Assembly (NCBI RefSeq): GCF_001194135.2
Contig: NC_068991.1
Location: 66,187,690-66,251,689, forward strand
Reading direction: 5' to 3'
Length of the DNA: 64,000 nucleotides
From: Octopus bimaculoides
Lineage: Eukaryota
Part shown: positions 13,601-26,000 of the stretch, one piece after another
How positions within the stretch are numbered: position 1 is the first letter of the stretch
Layout: every line of letters begins with the position of its first letter
Notes under the pieces: generated by a model
The model's database searches: none
Told to the model about the DNA's origin: nothing
The model's input: only the letters and a program-made list of their open reading frames with translations
Translations under genes and position numbers: made by a program

Positions 13601-13762
13601 GCTCTTGGTATGCTGTTTTGGCATAAACACAACATAGAAAAAGCATTAGCAGACTTACCAAACTTTACTCCATTTCCTGATGAGTGGACTGTTGAAGATA
13701 AAGTTCTTTTTGAACAAGCATTTAGCTTCCATGGGAAAAGTTTTCAGAGGATCAGGCAAATG
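13601..13762 (+). CDS. RCOR: CoREST exon, ELM2/SANT1: [54 protein letters not shown]
   Basis: ccAG|GCT...ATG|GTAAAT, 162 nt, phase 0-0; diagnostic RCOR sequence. Confidence 0.98.
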
Positions 13763-14227
13763 GTAAATATATTTATTGAAGCAATTTTTACATCACATGT
13801 CTAGATGTATATTTAGCACCTATATTTGCTCTTTATGACTACTTTTCATTGTGACTTGCTCTACAAACCCTAATTTATGAAACATTGATTTTTAAAATAT
13901 TTTCTTTAGCAGTAAAAGATCATTATGTATACTGAATTGTTAGACTTTCTCTTTAAACTTTGAGCGTCAGTTTTTAATTAAGCATCAACAGAATTTACAA
14001 ATTGAATTGCAGGACAGCTAACAATTATTGAATGGTTGTGGATAGCTGAGTTGATAGTGTCAGAGACCTGGCTGAAACATCTGCTTTATCTCATCCATAA
14101 GTAAAGTGTTTTTTGGCCATGACACTTCACCTTCAGTGGTACTCATGATTTATTAGATTATGGATTATTAAGAATAAAAATTTGGTAACTCTAGAAGAAC
14201 AAATTAAAACTTGTTTCTGTGTTTCAG

Positions 14228-14352
14228 CTTCCAGATAAATCCATTGCTAGTTTAGTAAAGTATTATTACTCCTGGAAGAAAACCAGGTCAAGAACAAGTC
14301 TTATGGATCGCCAGGCTAAAAAACTGGCTGGACATCCACGTGATGGAGACAG
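14228..14352 (+). CDS. RCOR: CoREST exon, end of SANT1: [41 protein letters not shown](S)
   Basis: tttcAG|CTT...GACAG|GTGATT; 125 nt, phase 0-2. Confidence 0.97.
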
Positions 14353-14558
14353 GTGATTACATTTTTCTTTTTACATTTTAGGGTTCTACATAAACTTTCA
14401 ACATAATAGACCAGAATATTCTTTCAAGATAACTATAGAATTTCCATGGGTACTATTAGTATATTATTCTTTACTAATGGTTTTCATTTATTGTATTGAT
14501 TCCATTAATAATTTTATTGTTGGATATTTATTGGAGTTTATTTCCTTTCTTACATTAG

Positions 14559-14625
14559 TGATGGTGCATCGGATGAAGGAAGTAGAAACTCTGACAGTGA
14601 TGTTGAGAATAACAAAGAGAATGGG
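14559..14625 (+). CDS. RCOR: CoREST exon, acidic linker: DGASDEGSRNSDSDVENNKENG
   Basis: cattAG|T GAT...GGG|GTATTT; 67 nt, phase 2-0 bridges both neighbouring exons. Confidence 0.85.
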
Positions 14626-14735
14626 GTATTTTGATAAATTCTTTTAATTTTATAAATTATTCTCGTGTTAATTTTGAAAATTTATCATGAACTATGGTTT
14701 ACATTTTATTTTGAATGTAATACTCGTCCTTTCAG

Positions 14736-14845
14736 ACCAGCAGAGGTGAAGATAGCAAAAGTTGTACCAATTGTGGAATGCATTCTTCTCAACTCCATTC
14801 AACCGCAAAAGGATCTCTGTGCAATAGTTGCAATCAATATTTGCG
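14736..14845 (+). CDS. RCOR: CoREST exon with C4 zinc finger: TSRGEDSKSCTNCGMHSSQLHSTAKGSLCNSCNQYL(R)
   Basis: ctttcAG|ACC...TTGCG|GTAAGT; 110 nt, phase 0-2, required to restore frame into 17811; C-x2-C-x15-C-x2-C. Confidence 0.9.
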
Positions 14846-16100
14846 GTAAGTGGAAGTTTGTTGTATTACAAGCCATATTGAAATTAACTTCAAGAATCTA
14901 CTTCAAGAATTATGCATCTGAAATAAGATATAATTGACTAGTTAATTGACTTGGCGTTAATTATTAGATTTATGGTATGAAGATAGCTGGATGAAAACCT
15001 GTGTGAGCTACAATTTTAGTCATCCTGTCCTTATGTTAAGGTCAGTTTATAAGATTTAGGAAAATGTGTTCCCTATATTTTAACCTTTTGAGTGTGAATT
15101 TTGTGTTCAACAAATTGTTTGGGTTATATATCTTTTTATTTTTGTTTTATTTTTTTTTATTTTCATAATGTTCTACCCTTTATAAAAAATGGATACCATC
15201 TTAAGATTTAGTAGTAGCAACTATGAATTTGAAGAAAAAGTGGCTGCAGCAAATGAAAAATTGCAACAAGCGTAACTGTGTGGCGGACATGGAATTGGAT
15301 GTTGCAATTTGTGATAGTGAAACGACCTGGACATCAGTAATGAAAGTGATGATGAATTAAAAGGCAGAAAGAATGGAGTGTGGAATGAAGACTTTTAAAA
15401 TATTTCTTTTCCAAATTTTTTTCTTCCCCCTTTTGAAAATACTGATCCCAGTCAGTTTACCCGAAGACTTAAAAAACCCACTCATTATTTTGCAAGACTA
15501 ATTGCTGTGGAATTAATTTTACAATGAAAAAGTTTGTCCTTCTTTTTCCTGTTACAGGAAAAAAAAAAGGAGGACAAACTATGGACTCCTGCACCACTGA
15601 ATGAAATTAGTACATTATTTTTGCTTTAGATACAATCATACACATTAGGAAGTTATATAATTTATTTTTATAAAATATATTTTCAAATTTACCTGGTCTT
15701 CAGTTTGTCAATTTACCTGTTTGATGAGTGACAGATTCTGCTTAATTATATACAAGTTAATCTTTTATTGTTTTGGTGTGTGTATTTGTGTATATGTAAT
15801 TTTTTGGTATTTTACTTCAATTGAACATCCAGCTATGTGTACAATTCTTTGAAGTGTTATACTACAGTCTTACTCCTGCTGAATATTGGCTTATAATTCT
15901 TGATATGGTGATCATCATTTAGGCAAAGTTTAAATAATTTTACATTTCACTGATTATTGTGTGCATTTACCTATAATAGAAGTAGTTTTTGTGACAAACA
16001 TATTGATATAGATCTATATAAGAATTTTTTAAGTCGCTCTAAACACCACTTTGATATATAAAATCTAAAAGGTTAAACTTGTTTTATAAAAACATGAAAT

Positions 16101-16211
16101 NNNNNNNNNNNNNNNNNNNNNNNNNNNNNNNNNNNNNNNNNNNNNNNNNNNNNNNNNNNNNNNNNNNNNNNNNNNNNNNNNNNNNNNNNNNNNNNNNNNN
16201 NNNNNNNNNNN
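16101..16211. other. Assembly gap (N run); others at 47189-47467, 50116-50616, 60393-60756
   Basis: Runs of N, mostly flanked by simple repeats. Confidence 1.
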
Positions 16212-16478
16212 ACTGGCTTGTGCGGGTGGCACATAAAAGACACCATTTCGAGCGTGGCCGTTGCCAGTATCGCCTGACTGGCCTTCGTGCAGGTGACACG
16301 TAAAAGCACCAACTACACTCTCTGAGTGGTTGGCGTTAGGAAGGGCATCCAGCTGTAGAAACTCTGCCAAATTTAGATTGGAGCCTGGTGTTGCCATCCG
16401 GTTTCACCAGTCCTCAGTCAAGTCGTCCAACCCATGCTAGCATGGAAAGCGGACGTTAAACGATGATGATGATGATGA
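16212..16478 (-). repeat. Interspersed repeat family A copy abutting an N gap
   Basis: Reverse complement of the 42411 copy. Confidence 0.78.
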
Positions 16479-16668
16479 TTTAATAAGTTATGAGAAAACT
16501 GTCTAAAATACATTGCTTTAATCAAACATATGATCATAATTTAGAAAGATTTTGAGAGACTGAAGGTGAAACTTTTTCACATAGTTTTTAAATTAGTACA
16601 AGTTTAAAGTTTTATGATTCTGAATATGAAAATAATTGTGGTTTTAATCTATTTGTAGAAAATTTACC

Positions 16669-16885
16669 TAATCCTTTAACATTCAGATTAATTTATCGTA
16701 TGTAATGCTTATTTATTTACTTTGTTTTGAATTAATCATACATTATCTTGTACTTTTGAAATTTTGATGATGTGATTGTTTATTTTTAGAATGACATTGT
16801 AGGGTAGATGCGAGAGGCAAAATCTGGCCAGTTTGAACATAAAACGGGTAGAATGCTTTGGTCAGTTTAAATGTTAAAGGGTTAA
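16669..16885. mobile_element. About 215-bp MITE with TTAA-CCCTTT-type terminal inverted repeats (piggyBac-like ends)
   Basis: taatcctttaacatt ... aatgttaaagggttaa; same internal sequence at about 1634-1857 and, inverted, 9371-9581. Confidence 0.75.
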
Positions 16886-17810
16886 ATCTGTATAAATTTG
16901 TATTTACTTTTAACAGTAAGGCTAGTAACAGCAGAATTTTATTAGTTGAGGAGGTACAGAAATTATAATCTCTAGTAGTAGCTATGTTTTGCATGTTTAT
17001 TTGCCTTGAAGGCAGGCTGGATGCATTCGCACAATTCCAAAGCTACAATTTGCCATGTATCCAAATTTCCTCTGAAAGCAATATGTTGACAGGGTTGTTT
17101 ATACAGTTTGCCTGAAAAACAGAAGTATTGGCACACAAATAATGTTGGAATTATTTAATTGTTTCTTCACCTGCTAAAACTGAGGCAGTTTTGAATTCAG
17201 GTATTATGGAAATTATTTCGTTTCCAGCCTTTTCATTGTATTAGCCACTTTTGATTGTTTGTGTGTCTAAAAGGCAAGATGGATTGGCACACGCGTGCAT
17301 GCACACACTGAATTCCGATGTAGATTCATAGTAACGTGTTTTCCTTTATGACCACTGTCATATGTTCAAATTTAACCTTGTTGGTTGTTACCTTCTTTAT
17401 TTCTCAATATTTTGATTGGCTAAGTAAAATCACTGCCAGCCATACATACAGGCTTGTCCTTTGCAGGTGTTAATGCCACATAAAATACATTTGTATTGGT
17501 TCCATATAAATGCACCTGAGCCAGTGGCACATAAAGAGCACCCGGCATCCAACTGTAGAAGCAATGCCACACAGACACTTGGAATCTGGACAGCTTCCTG
17601 GCTGACCAGCTCCTGTCAGACCGTCCAACACATACCAGCGTGGGAAATGGATGTTAAATGATGATGATGGTGATGGTAGATCCATTTGTTATTAAAATCT
17701 AGGGAGTGAAGGAAGTAAAATAATTTTTTTTTTTTTTCTTGAAGCAGTTTACACAAATCTGAATTTATTTAATATATTAAATATGTATATATATATTTAC
17801 AAATTATTAG

Positions 17811-18027
17811 GCGAACTGGTGTAATGAAATCCAGTACTGGACCGACCAAGCGTCGTGAACAACAGCATAGCCAGCATCGGCATAATCCTATGCGACATAA
17901 ACGAAAGCCCCCACGTGGCATGTATTTGAATGAAGATGACCTCAGGTTAATGCTCACTGGACCACTACAGCAAGCTGAACAAATTTTAAAGTCATTAGAT
18001 GCAGAGCTTGTCTCTTTAAAACGACAG
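17811..18027 (+). CDS. RCOR: CoREST exon, linker/LSD1-binding helix: RTGVMKSSTGP...KRKPPRGMYLNEDDL...LKSLDAELVSLKRQ
   Basis: attAG|G CGA...CGACAG|GTAAGA; 217 nt; matches RCOR KRKPPKGM...LDMELVSVKRQ. Confidence 0.96.
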
Positions 18028-18779
18028 GTAAGACTATATATTTGTTGAGGCAGGATATACAGCCTTTTTCTTTTATCTAATTATATTTTCCTTTTCAATA
18101 TTAGCAACTTATAATAAAATTTTTTAATGACTTCACAAATAGAAATGGATTTGTTGTACAAATAAAATGAAGTGTGCACAGTGTCATAATGGTCTTAAAC
18201 TGATGTATACTGTAGGTCTGTAGAAGAAGCCAAGTTTCTGCAGTGTTGCTAGTGTCATATATTTGAAGCTGTCATGAGAAATCAGAGATTGTTAGGGTTG
18301 TCATTTGTAACTAAGAGGATTTTAATTATATGGTGCAGTGCATGAGTTTTTATAAAATTAAAAGTAGCATCTAAGGGGAACCCTAATACACATTACCACA
18401 GAGCAAGCAGCTTGAAAAAACATAGGATGTTCTCAAGACATGGTTGAAGGTTTTGTTTGTTTCAAGTGGTGGAAACACGGATGTGTAATAAAACAAACTT
18501 GTGACACAATGGTCTTCCATTGCTTTTCAGGTTTATGCATTAGGGTGACAGGACTATAATTGATAAAGTGAGAGAGGTTGCTCTTTTAAAGAAAGGGGCA
18601 TCATCATATTCCTATAGATGGGATGGAATCCTATGGAAATATTAGTTTCATGAGGCTATAAGGAACACATGGTGTTTTTGGATGATGATAAACATAAACC
18701 ACTCAGAATATGTTGCCTTGTTGGATTGGCGAGAAGTACAAATAATTATTATTCAGCATAATTTTCTTTTAACTTGTAG

Positions 18780-18857
18780 GTTCAAAACAACAAACAGATC
18801 ATAAGTATGCAGAAACACAAAACAAGTTCTGGAATAGATGAATGGAGACCACCAGAA
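18780..18857 (+). CDS. RCOR: CoREST exon: VQNNKQIISMQKHKTSSGIDEWRPPE
   Basis: tgtAG|GTT...GAA|GTAAGT; 78 nt, phase 0-0. Confidence 0.94.
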
Positions 18858-19460
18858 GTAAGTATTTTTTACATTTTCATCTGGTAATAAAATTTAATTA
18901 ATAATCTAACCCTCACATGTCTTTTGGTGAGGAATACTACAAAAAGTTGACACAACCATAATGTAGGTTGATGTAGATTAGCAGTTTAAATTATGTACAT
19001 TTAATACATAGTTCAAATGTAGTAGGCATGATTTGGGGTAACCTAGGTATGAAACTTGAAATATGGGTTTATATTTTGATATTTTTTACTGTAGTTTGGG
19101 GGTATTGTTAAAATTGGGAATTTTGTATTTATATTGGACAAGTATTTTCATTTATCTGTGTGAGGCACTGTTCTGGATTACCATTTTGCATCATATTAGA
19201 TGTTTTACCATAAAATGATTTAGTCATGTTTTGATTTAATATTTTATTTTGTTGTAGTATAGCTTCACATTTGTACTTACATGAGCAAAACAATATCAAA
19301 GGTTCCTACATGTATTGAGTTATGGGTAACAACTTAAGTGGAGGCACCTTACATAAGCTAAAATGTGTAAACACTTTTGGTAGAAATACGTTTTTGTATT
19401 TCATCTCTCTTTCCTGCATCTAAGTATTCTAATCTTATTTACTTTTTCCCAACTTGTTAG

Positions 19461-19518
19461 ACTACTCAGAGAATAAATTCTCGTTGGACTAATGATGAAC
19501 TATTGCTTGCAGTGCAAG
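19461..19518 (+). CDS. RCOR: CoREST exon, SANT2 start: TTQRINSRWTNDELLLAVQ(G)
   Basis: gttAG|ACT...CAAG|GTAAGT; 58 nt, phase 0-1. Confidence 0.95.
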
Positions 19519-19725
19519 GTAAGTTGTTTGTGGCTCTTGCTCTAAGTTAGTCAATTTTTTTTTGTGTAATTAGCATTGCCAGTTCAATTGAGTTAGAAAG
19601 CTAATTCCACTTTATAATAATCGTTAAGGAAAAACTCTAATCTTCATTTAAAGTTTAGTAGTTGGATGTCGTCATTTCGGGATCTATGTGCAATGATGAA
19701 TTTTATTGTGTATTTTTCTCTGCAG

Positions 19726-19928
19726 GTGTTCGTCGTTATGGAAAGGATTTCAAGGCTATTGCTGAAGTGATTGGCAATAAACTTGAAGCACATGTGCGTA
19801 ACTTTTTTATAAATTACAGACGCAGGTATAATTTAGATGAAGTCTTGGCTGAGTATGAGAGTGAACACGGAACAGACTCAGTTAAAGAAGAAGAAGAGGA
19901 AGAAGAAGAAAAAAAAGATATTGAAAAG
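19726..19928 (+). CDS. RCOR: CoREST exon, SANT2: [48 protein letters not shown]...[15 protein letters not shown]
   Basis: tgcAG|GT...AAG|GTATCA; 203 nt, phase 1-0; diagnostic RCOR SANT2. Confidence 0.97.
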
Positions 19929-20378
19929 GTATCATTTTGGCGTTTTAGTATTCTTTGAAATATGTCAACATTCTGATTTTAAAAATTTGATTTTTCTTAG
20001 TGAGTTTCTCTTTGATTGCTCCCATCCAATGGCCTTTGGCCATGCTGTGGTAGTTAAAAGAAACTTATTGTAAATGCTGCATTGATGTTAGAGAAAAAGA
20101 ATTTGTCAGCATTTCCAGTACAGGTAACTTCATTTATTCTTTCACTGGTTTCAGTCATTTGACTATGCCTTTGCTGGAGCACCTGATCATATCACCCCAG
20201 TATTATACAGCAATGGCATTAAAAATCTTTTTAGACATTTTTTTTTTGATATGAAAATAATTACTTTAAACAACTTATTTGTGCATTATTTCTACTGTTA
20301 ATGTAACAATAACAGTTACATTTTTGACATTTTTTCCAATGAGAAACTCAATTTTTGAAATGATCTTTTACTTTCCAG

Positions 20379-20590
20379 ATGGATGTTGATGGCAAATCTT
20401 CAACAGATGGTGCTGCGGCATCTTCATCCCCACCACCTATAAATCAGGAGTCGGTAGCTAATCTGCCAGCTTCTGGTAGTGGGAATGCTACCCCAACGGC
20501 TGCTGGCACACCGGCTCCCCCTCCCTTGCTCAAGCAGCCGCAAGTGCCTATCACGAAGGGGAATAATTCCCAAACATCTCAACACCCGAG
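20379..20590 (+). CDS. RCOR: CoREST exon, Ser/Pro/Ala-rich low-complexity tail (MDVDGKSS...SQHP(R))
   Basis: ttccAG|ATG...CCGAG|GTACAG; 212 nt, phase 0-2. Confidence 0.85.
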
Positions 20591-21832
20591 GTACAGGTGC
20601 ATTTCAAACCGGTTTTTCTCACCTTACAAAACGTTACGTTTGCCCCGTGGACTTGTAAAACTAAGTGTTGTCTTTGTAACAGCATAGTTGTAGTTGTCTG
20701 AATGTGTAATTATTAGCAAAGACTAACTTCAATTAGTTTAATTTCTTCAATTATTTTAGACTCTGAAATCATTTTGATTGAAATATGGTTAATTTGTTTA
20801 CATCTGATATTTAATTTCTGGCTAATGTTTCTTTAAACCAGATATAAAGATGTTAAACTACTCATACACTCCTCAACCTCAAACTTCTTTTTGTTTGCTA
20901 TATACTCCTTTTATGACTATATTCCTAATGGAATACAACTACCCATGTGTTTCCATTGATATTGAAAGATATTAAAGATTTAGGTAGATTCAGTAAATCA
21001 ACAAATTTATGAAATCTCTTTTTATAACATAAGGTTAAAGTTTCAATTTCTCAAACGAGAGGTTTTGGTTGTGAGAACCAGACCAGATCTCATGCAAGTT
21101 AGTCTCAAAAGGGCTGGAGATCTGTATCAGCAATAATGGTAATAACTTCAAGGTGGATTGTAGTAGGTGTTACAGAGAAGTTGGAAAAGAATCTGACATT
21201 CAAAACTTCAGATATTTTTAATATTCTTCATTCATCACAGTAATTATGTTTATTGATGCCTACAAACTCTCTTGGCCTAAGTCATTTTTTGGGGTGGTGG
21301 GGTGGTATGAAGGAAAAAATGCTTTTGTTGTTGGTTTCTTATATTTTCAAGTGATTTGATATTACTTGTGTACATACCACACTGCATGCATTTTGTAGCT
21401 TTGATATTTTAAAATATCATTTTGTGGAAGTTATAATAAAATGTAACATCTATTCCATGTGTGTAATATATATCCATATATATATGCACATATATATGTA
21501 TGAGTATACAGATATTATTGCTGAGAGATTGTGGTGTTAAGTATTAAGTTCACCACAATTCAGAATTTACATCTTATTTTATTCTTTCAGTAATGTAGTG
21601 CTGTCTCAAATTAGTTTATATCCTCATAAATAAATTGTTTAATCATCACATGATCATGTTTTGATTATTCATCTTTAATAACCAATAATGTGGGTGGCTG
21701 GTTTAAGTTTAGTCGAAGTTTAGTCGATTGTTAAGTAACATTGTCTGCTTGAAGTGTCTGGTATTGCTTATTGTCTTTATTTGTATCACTGTTTTGTTCA
21801 GTTTCATCAGTTTTTTTTCTTTCTTTTTCTAG

Positions 21833-21959
21833 GTTGCTTCCTCAACCGAAGACCATACTACAGCAACCACCACCTCCGTTAATTCGCCCTATGCCTGGAA
21901 AACAGCATGTCAGCACAGTGGTACCAGCTCAGATGCCAGCTGCTGGAGGAAGAGACTAA
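21833..21959 (+). CDS. RCOR: CoREST last coding exon: LLPQPKTILQQPPPPLIRPMPGKQHVSTVVPAQMPAAGGRD*
   Basis: Long polypyrimidine tract, ctAG|G TTG...; phase 2 matches previous exon; TAA at 21957-21959. Confidence 0.85.
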
Positions 21960-22249
21960 TCTTAGTATCACATTAGCCACCAATAACCTTCATTAGATAG
22001 TTCCACTGGGTTGAACCCACCACTCACTTCATTTTGATATGTCACTTAACCTCTTCATTCAGTTCTAGTGGAGATATGAACTACGGTGTTTCCGTCAACT
22101 TTTTCATCCCCACTCTCCTCTCGTTAAATATAACATATAGAAACAACTATTTTATTGCTCCTCTCTCTTGAATAACGTACTTCATATTGTATATCATCTT
22201 TTTTTTCCTCTTGATTCAAACTACATATCCGTACACATATATGTATCTG

Positions 22250-22284
<35 letters not shown>

Positions 22285-23022
22285 ACGCACACATATGTGT
22301 ATGTTTGATGGCATATGTTGTTAGTTATATACTATATATTTATAGTATATACACCATCAATCTTGAACTAGCAAGATACCCAAAATCCCATAAATTCATG
22401 AAGAAACTTTATGCAATTATTTATAAATTATTTATTTTGTACTTCCTCAGGGTCACATAATCCTGTTTGTCAGTGTTGTAACAAGCTCTAATATTGTACA
22501 AATTACCTCAGTTATCAGCACTGATTTTGTGGAACGGCCTAAACGCATATGATGATTGCATAATTCAGTTACCTTTTGGTGTCAGACCAGCTTTTTACTC
22601 ACCAACGAGCTAAGTACAAGTGTGATTTGAGAGTATCTGGCTTGTTGGTCAGTTGTTTCAATGTTGTACAATGCAGTTCCAACTGACCAGTTTCCAGCAC
22701 AATAGTTGGCAACACAGATCTTTGTGTGGATGTTCATCTTCATTTATAATTTGAGAGAATTCAGAAAACAAAAAAAAACAAAAAAAAAATAAAAAAAAAA
22801 TATCAATGAAACCATTAATAATAACCCAAAATGAAATTAAGAAACACTGTTTAAAAATAAATAAATATATATATATATATAAAAGAAAAGCGATAAAAGT
22901 TTCTACTGTGAATACCTGCCATTGTACCATGGTGGGCATAAGGAGGATTGATAATATTTTTACATGTTGTTCATATCTGTATTTGTCCAAAAAGCTTGTG
23001 GTCAGTCCAACCACACAATCCA

Positions 23023-23067
23023 AATAAATGATAAAATCTTTGCATTGCTTTCATTACTGTCAATAAA
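23023..23067 (+). promoter_or_regulatory. Candidate CoREST polyadenylation signals (AATAAA at 23023-23028 and 23062-23067)
   Basis: About 1.1 kb after the stop, followed by G/T-rich sequence; true UTR end unverified. Confidence 0.35.
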
Positions 23068-26000
23068 CCACCCGTCGTTCTTGAATGGTTTTAGGTTGGG
23101 TCAAGGACAAGATTGAAGACGGCCAGTTTTATTCCATTCCATTTTGTAATTAATATCTGAAAATCTAATAATTTTAACGTAATTTATATAGGATTTAAAT
23201 AGGCTTTTTTATTTTAATTGTTTTTCTTTCTTATCTTAGGCGTAAGGACTTGAGAGGGTAAATTAAAGTTTTGAATTGTTGTGTCTCTTTTCCAAGGCCT
23301 TGATTTTAAATATGTAGGTTAGGTTTTTATCTTTAATAATCTGGTTCTTAATTTTAGTTTGTAAAATTTGCTGGTAGTTTCTCTTTATTGGCCAACACTT
23401 TCACTCTATTTTTTTCTGTATTTACCTCAATTTAATGGCGAAGTAGTTTGTTTTGTAACTTGACTCAATTCCGTTAATCACAGCACTTTATGCATATATT
23501 TTAGTATAAAGTATGTATTGTGGTGCATATAGAACATTGTAAGAAGGGAGATAATTCGGTCGGACATGATTACACATAATGCATTCCTTTTTGAAATTTT
23601 TTCTTACACCCCAACATTTATATAACTACACTACACTGTACATATATACTTGCGTGCATACATACATATGATCGACGGTTTTTCAGTTTCCCTCTACCTA
23701 ATTTCACTCAAAAGATATTTTTCAACTTGAATATATGGTAGATGTGTGCCCAGAGTGCTGCAGAGTAGGATATTGAACCAGGAACCATTGGTTGTAAAGC
23801 AAACGTCTTAATCAGGTTGCTATGTTTGTCTGTTAGTTGTTTCATAGTTTCAGTTGCTTTTTTTTTTTTTTTTTTTTAAAGTCAACCATAACTACCTCAT
23901 TGTGAGTTTGTTAATGAAATTACAGTTTTTATTTAGTCTCTTATATGAAATATACAAATTACTTCGTGTTTGTGTTTGATTACATATTTTTTTACTAGGC
24001 CTGAACTCTTAATCTTTAAATTTACATTGCTTTTCTTTGCTTAGTAGATGTTGCTTGGTTTTTCAATCTCCTTGCTTTGAATAGCTGAAATTTTATTAGG
24101 TAAGAAAACTTCTCTGATTGAAATGTGTTCTTCCAACTATGAGTAAACTATTTCAGTGTTAAACATTATACATGTTTGTATAGACCATTGTGCTTGCTGC
24201 TGTTGTGCTTTGAACATTGGTACAGGTGGGGCAGGGGGTAATTCTATGATTATTTTTGAATTGCTACATCTGACTAGTCATCACTCATCTTTGTCCATCT
24301 TCAATGGTTTTGGCTTACCTCAGTTTCCACTTTGTACATCTTTAGTACCTAACTTACCCATTTGTGTGTAGAATGATCCACTAAGAGATTTCAAATACCA
24401 CAGAACCTTCAGAACCATTTACTTCAAGTTGCTCAGTGGATCTTTCTGTAAATGGCTTTTGTGTAACCAGTTTTCACCCTCAACCTTTGCATTCCTTCTT
24501 AGTCATCACTGGTTCACTCAGTGATTTAACCTTTGCATAGGATCTGATTAATAAAAGTAAGAATTCAATACGATCACTCATTTTGAACTAGTTGTCATAA
24601 ATTAGCATTTTAGTTTTAGTGTTTTAAGCCAAATTTCCTCGAATCGTGCATTGTTGAGTAATATAAAGAATGACCAAGCTGTAATCATTCTTGAAAACTT
24701 ATTTTTATAATCTGCTTAGTTGAAATTTCTGAAATATAATTTTGGATGAGGTTGATTGAAGAGAAATAGTTCTGTAGACATGTTTGACTGTGGCTAATAT
24801 TTGAGACAAATTGGGTTTAAAATGGTACTAAGTGTTGTGGTCAGTATATTTATAATAAATAATACAGAAAAAAAGTATTGATTTATCTGTGGGGGAAGTA
24901 GTAATACTAGCAGGTTGATCTCTGGTTCAAAACATACACACTGCATATACGCTTACATAATTCAGACAGTCACATGATTAATCTAAATATCTTTTGTTTG
25001 GAAGAGTGTCAGCATATGACTGCTTTAGTTTATCACAAGATGAGTTCGAAATGTATGCTTTTCAAGTCTTAGGCCAGCAGTCTATAGGGGAATGTATTTT
25101 TACTTTTATAAATCTTATGCTAAATATGACTTTAGGGGAAAAAACTATCATCTTTTAACAGCAGGAATGGTAGCTTCCAGTTTTCTTTGAATCCATAATA
25201 TTTAATCATAATTTTAATAAAAAAAGAAAATGTGTAGAAGATATTGAGCATGTGTCCATGAAATTTGTAAAGTCTTCATCAATTTATATGACCTTGTCCC
25301 TATTTTTCTTTCAGCCATATTTGTTTTCTACTCAGTGATACTGGCATATTGCAAGTAAGCATTTGTCAAGTGTCAATACTTTTCTACACATAATTGCTAA
25401 TGTCATCTCTTCTGCACATGTTGATCATTTGCAAAAAGCATCATCAAAAACCATACTTCAAAAATGTAAAGTCTTTACAATCAGATAAATGAAAAATAAA
25501 ATTTTAAATATAAATAGAATTTTTTTTTTCTTCCCCTGAAAACAAAGTCAGCTTGAAAGCCTTACTGATGGTGGTTTCAGTAATCAAAGGTACATTGTAC
25601 ATTGCATCACAGTCTAATGGGAATGACTGTTTATTAATTGGATTGAATGTAATTGTTTATGATGTCAGTAACTGTAATTTGCAAATATGTTATGTTCCTG
25701 TCTGTTGCAGAGTGCTGTACCATGATTGCTGCCACAGTATTGATTAGTAAGATTATGAAGGTAATTACATGTCTCTCTCTCTCTCTCTTGTAAAAGAGGG
25801 GATAATGTTACAGTAGCTGAATAACTGTGTTGTTGTACTTAAGAACTTCAGCAGTCTTGAAGGAAATGATGACCTATCAAACCTAAAAGTAAGAAAGGTC
25901 AATACTATTGAGCAAGATTGCAGCTAAAATGTTATTCAAAATTTGTAAATTCTGTAAATAGATAGGTCAATGAATGTGAAGTTAAGGAGAATCTGTTTCT

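Noticed and set aside
15080-15500. Possible piggyBac-like relic (DLDISNESDDEL)
   Set aside because: Too short and degenerate; no matching terminal repeats identified.
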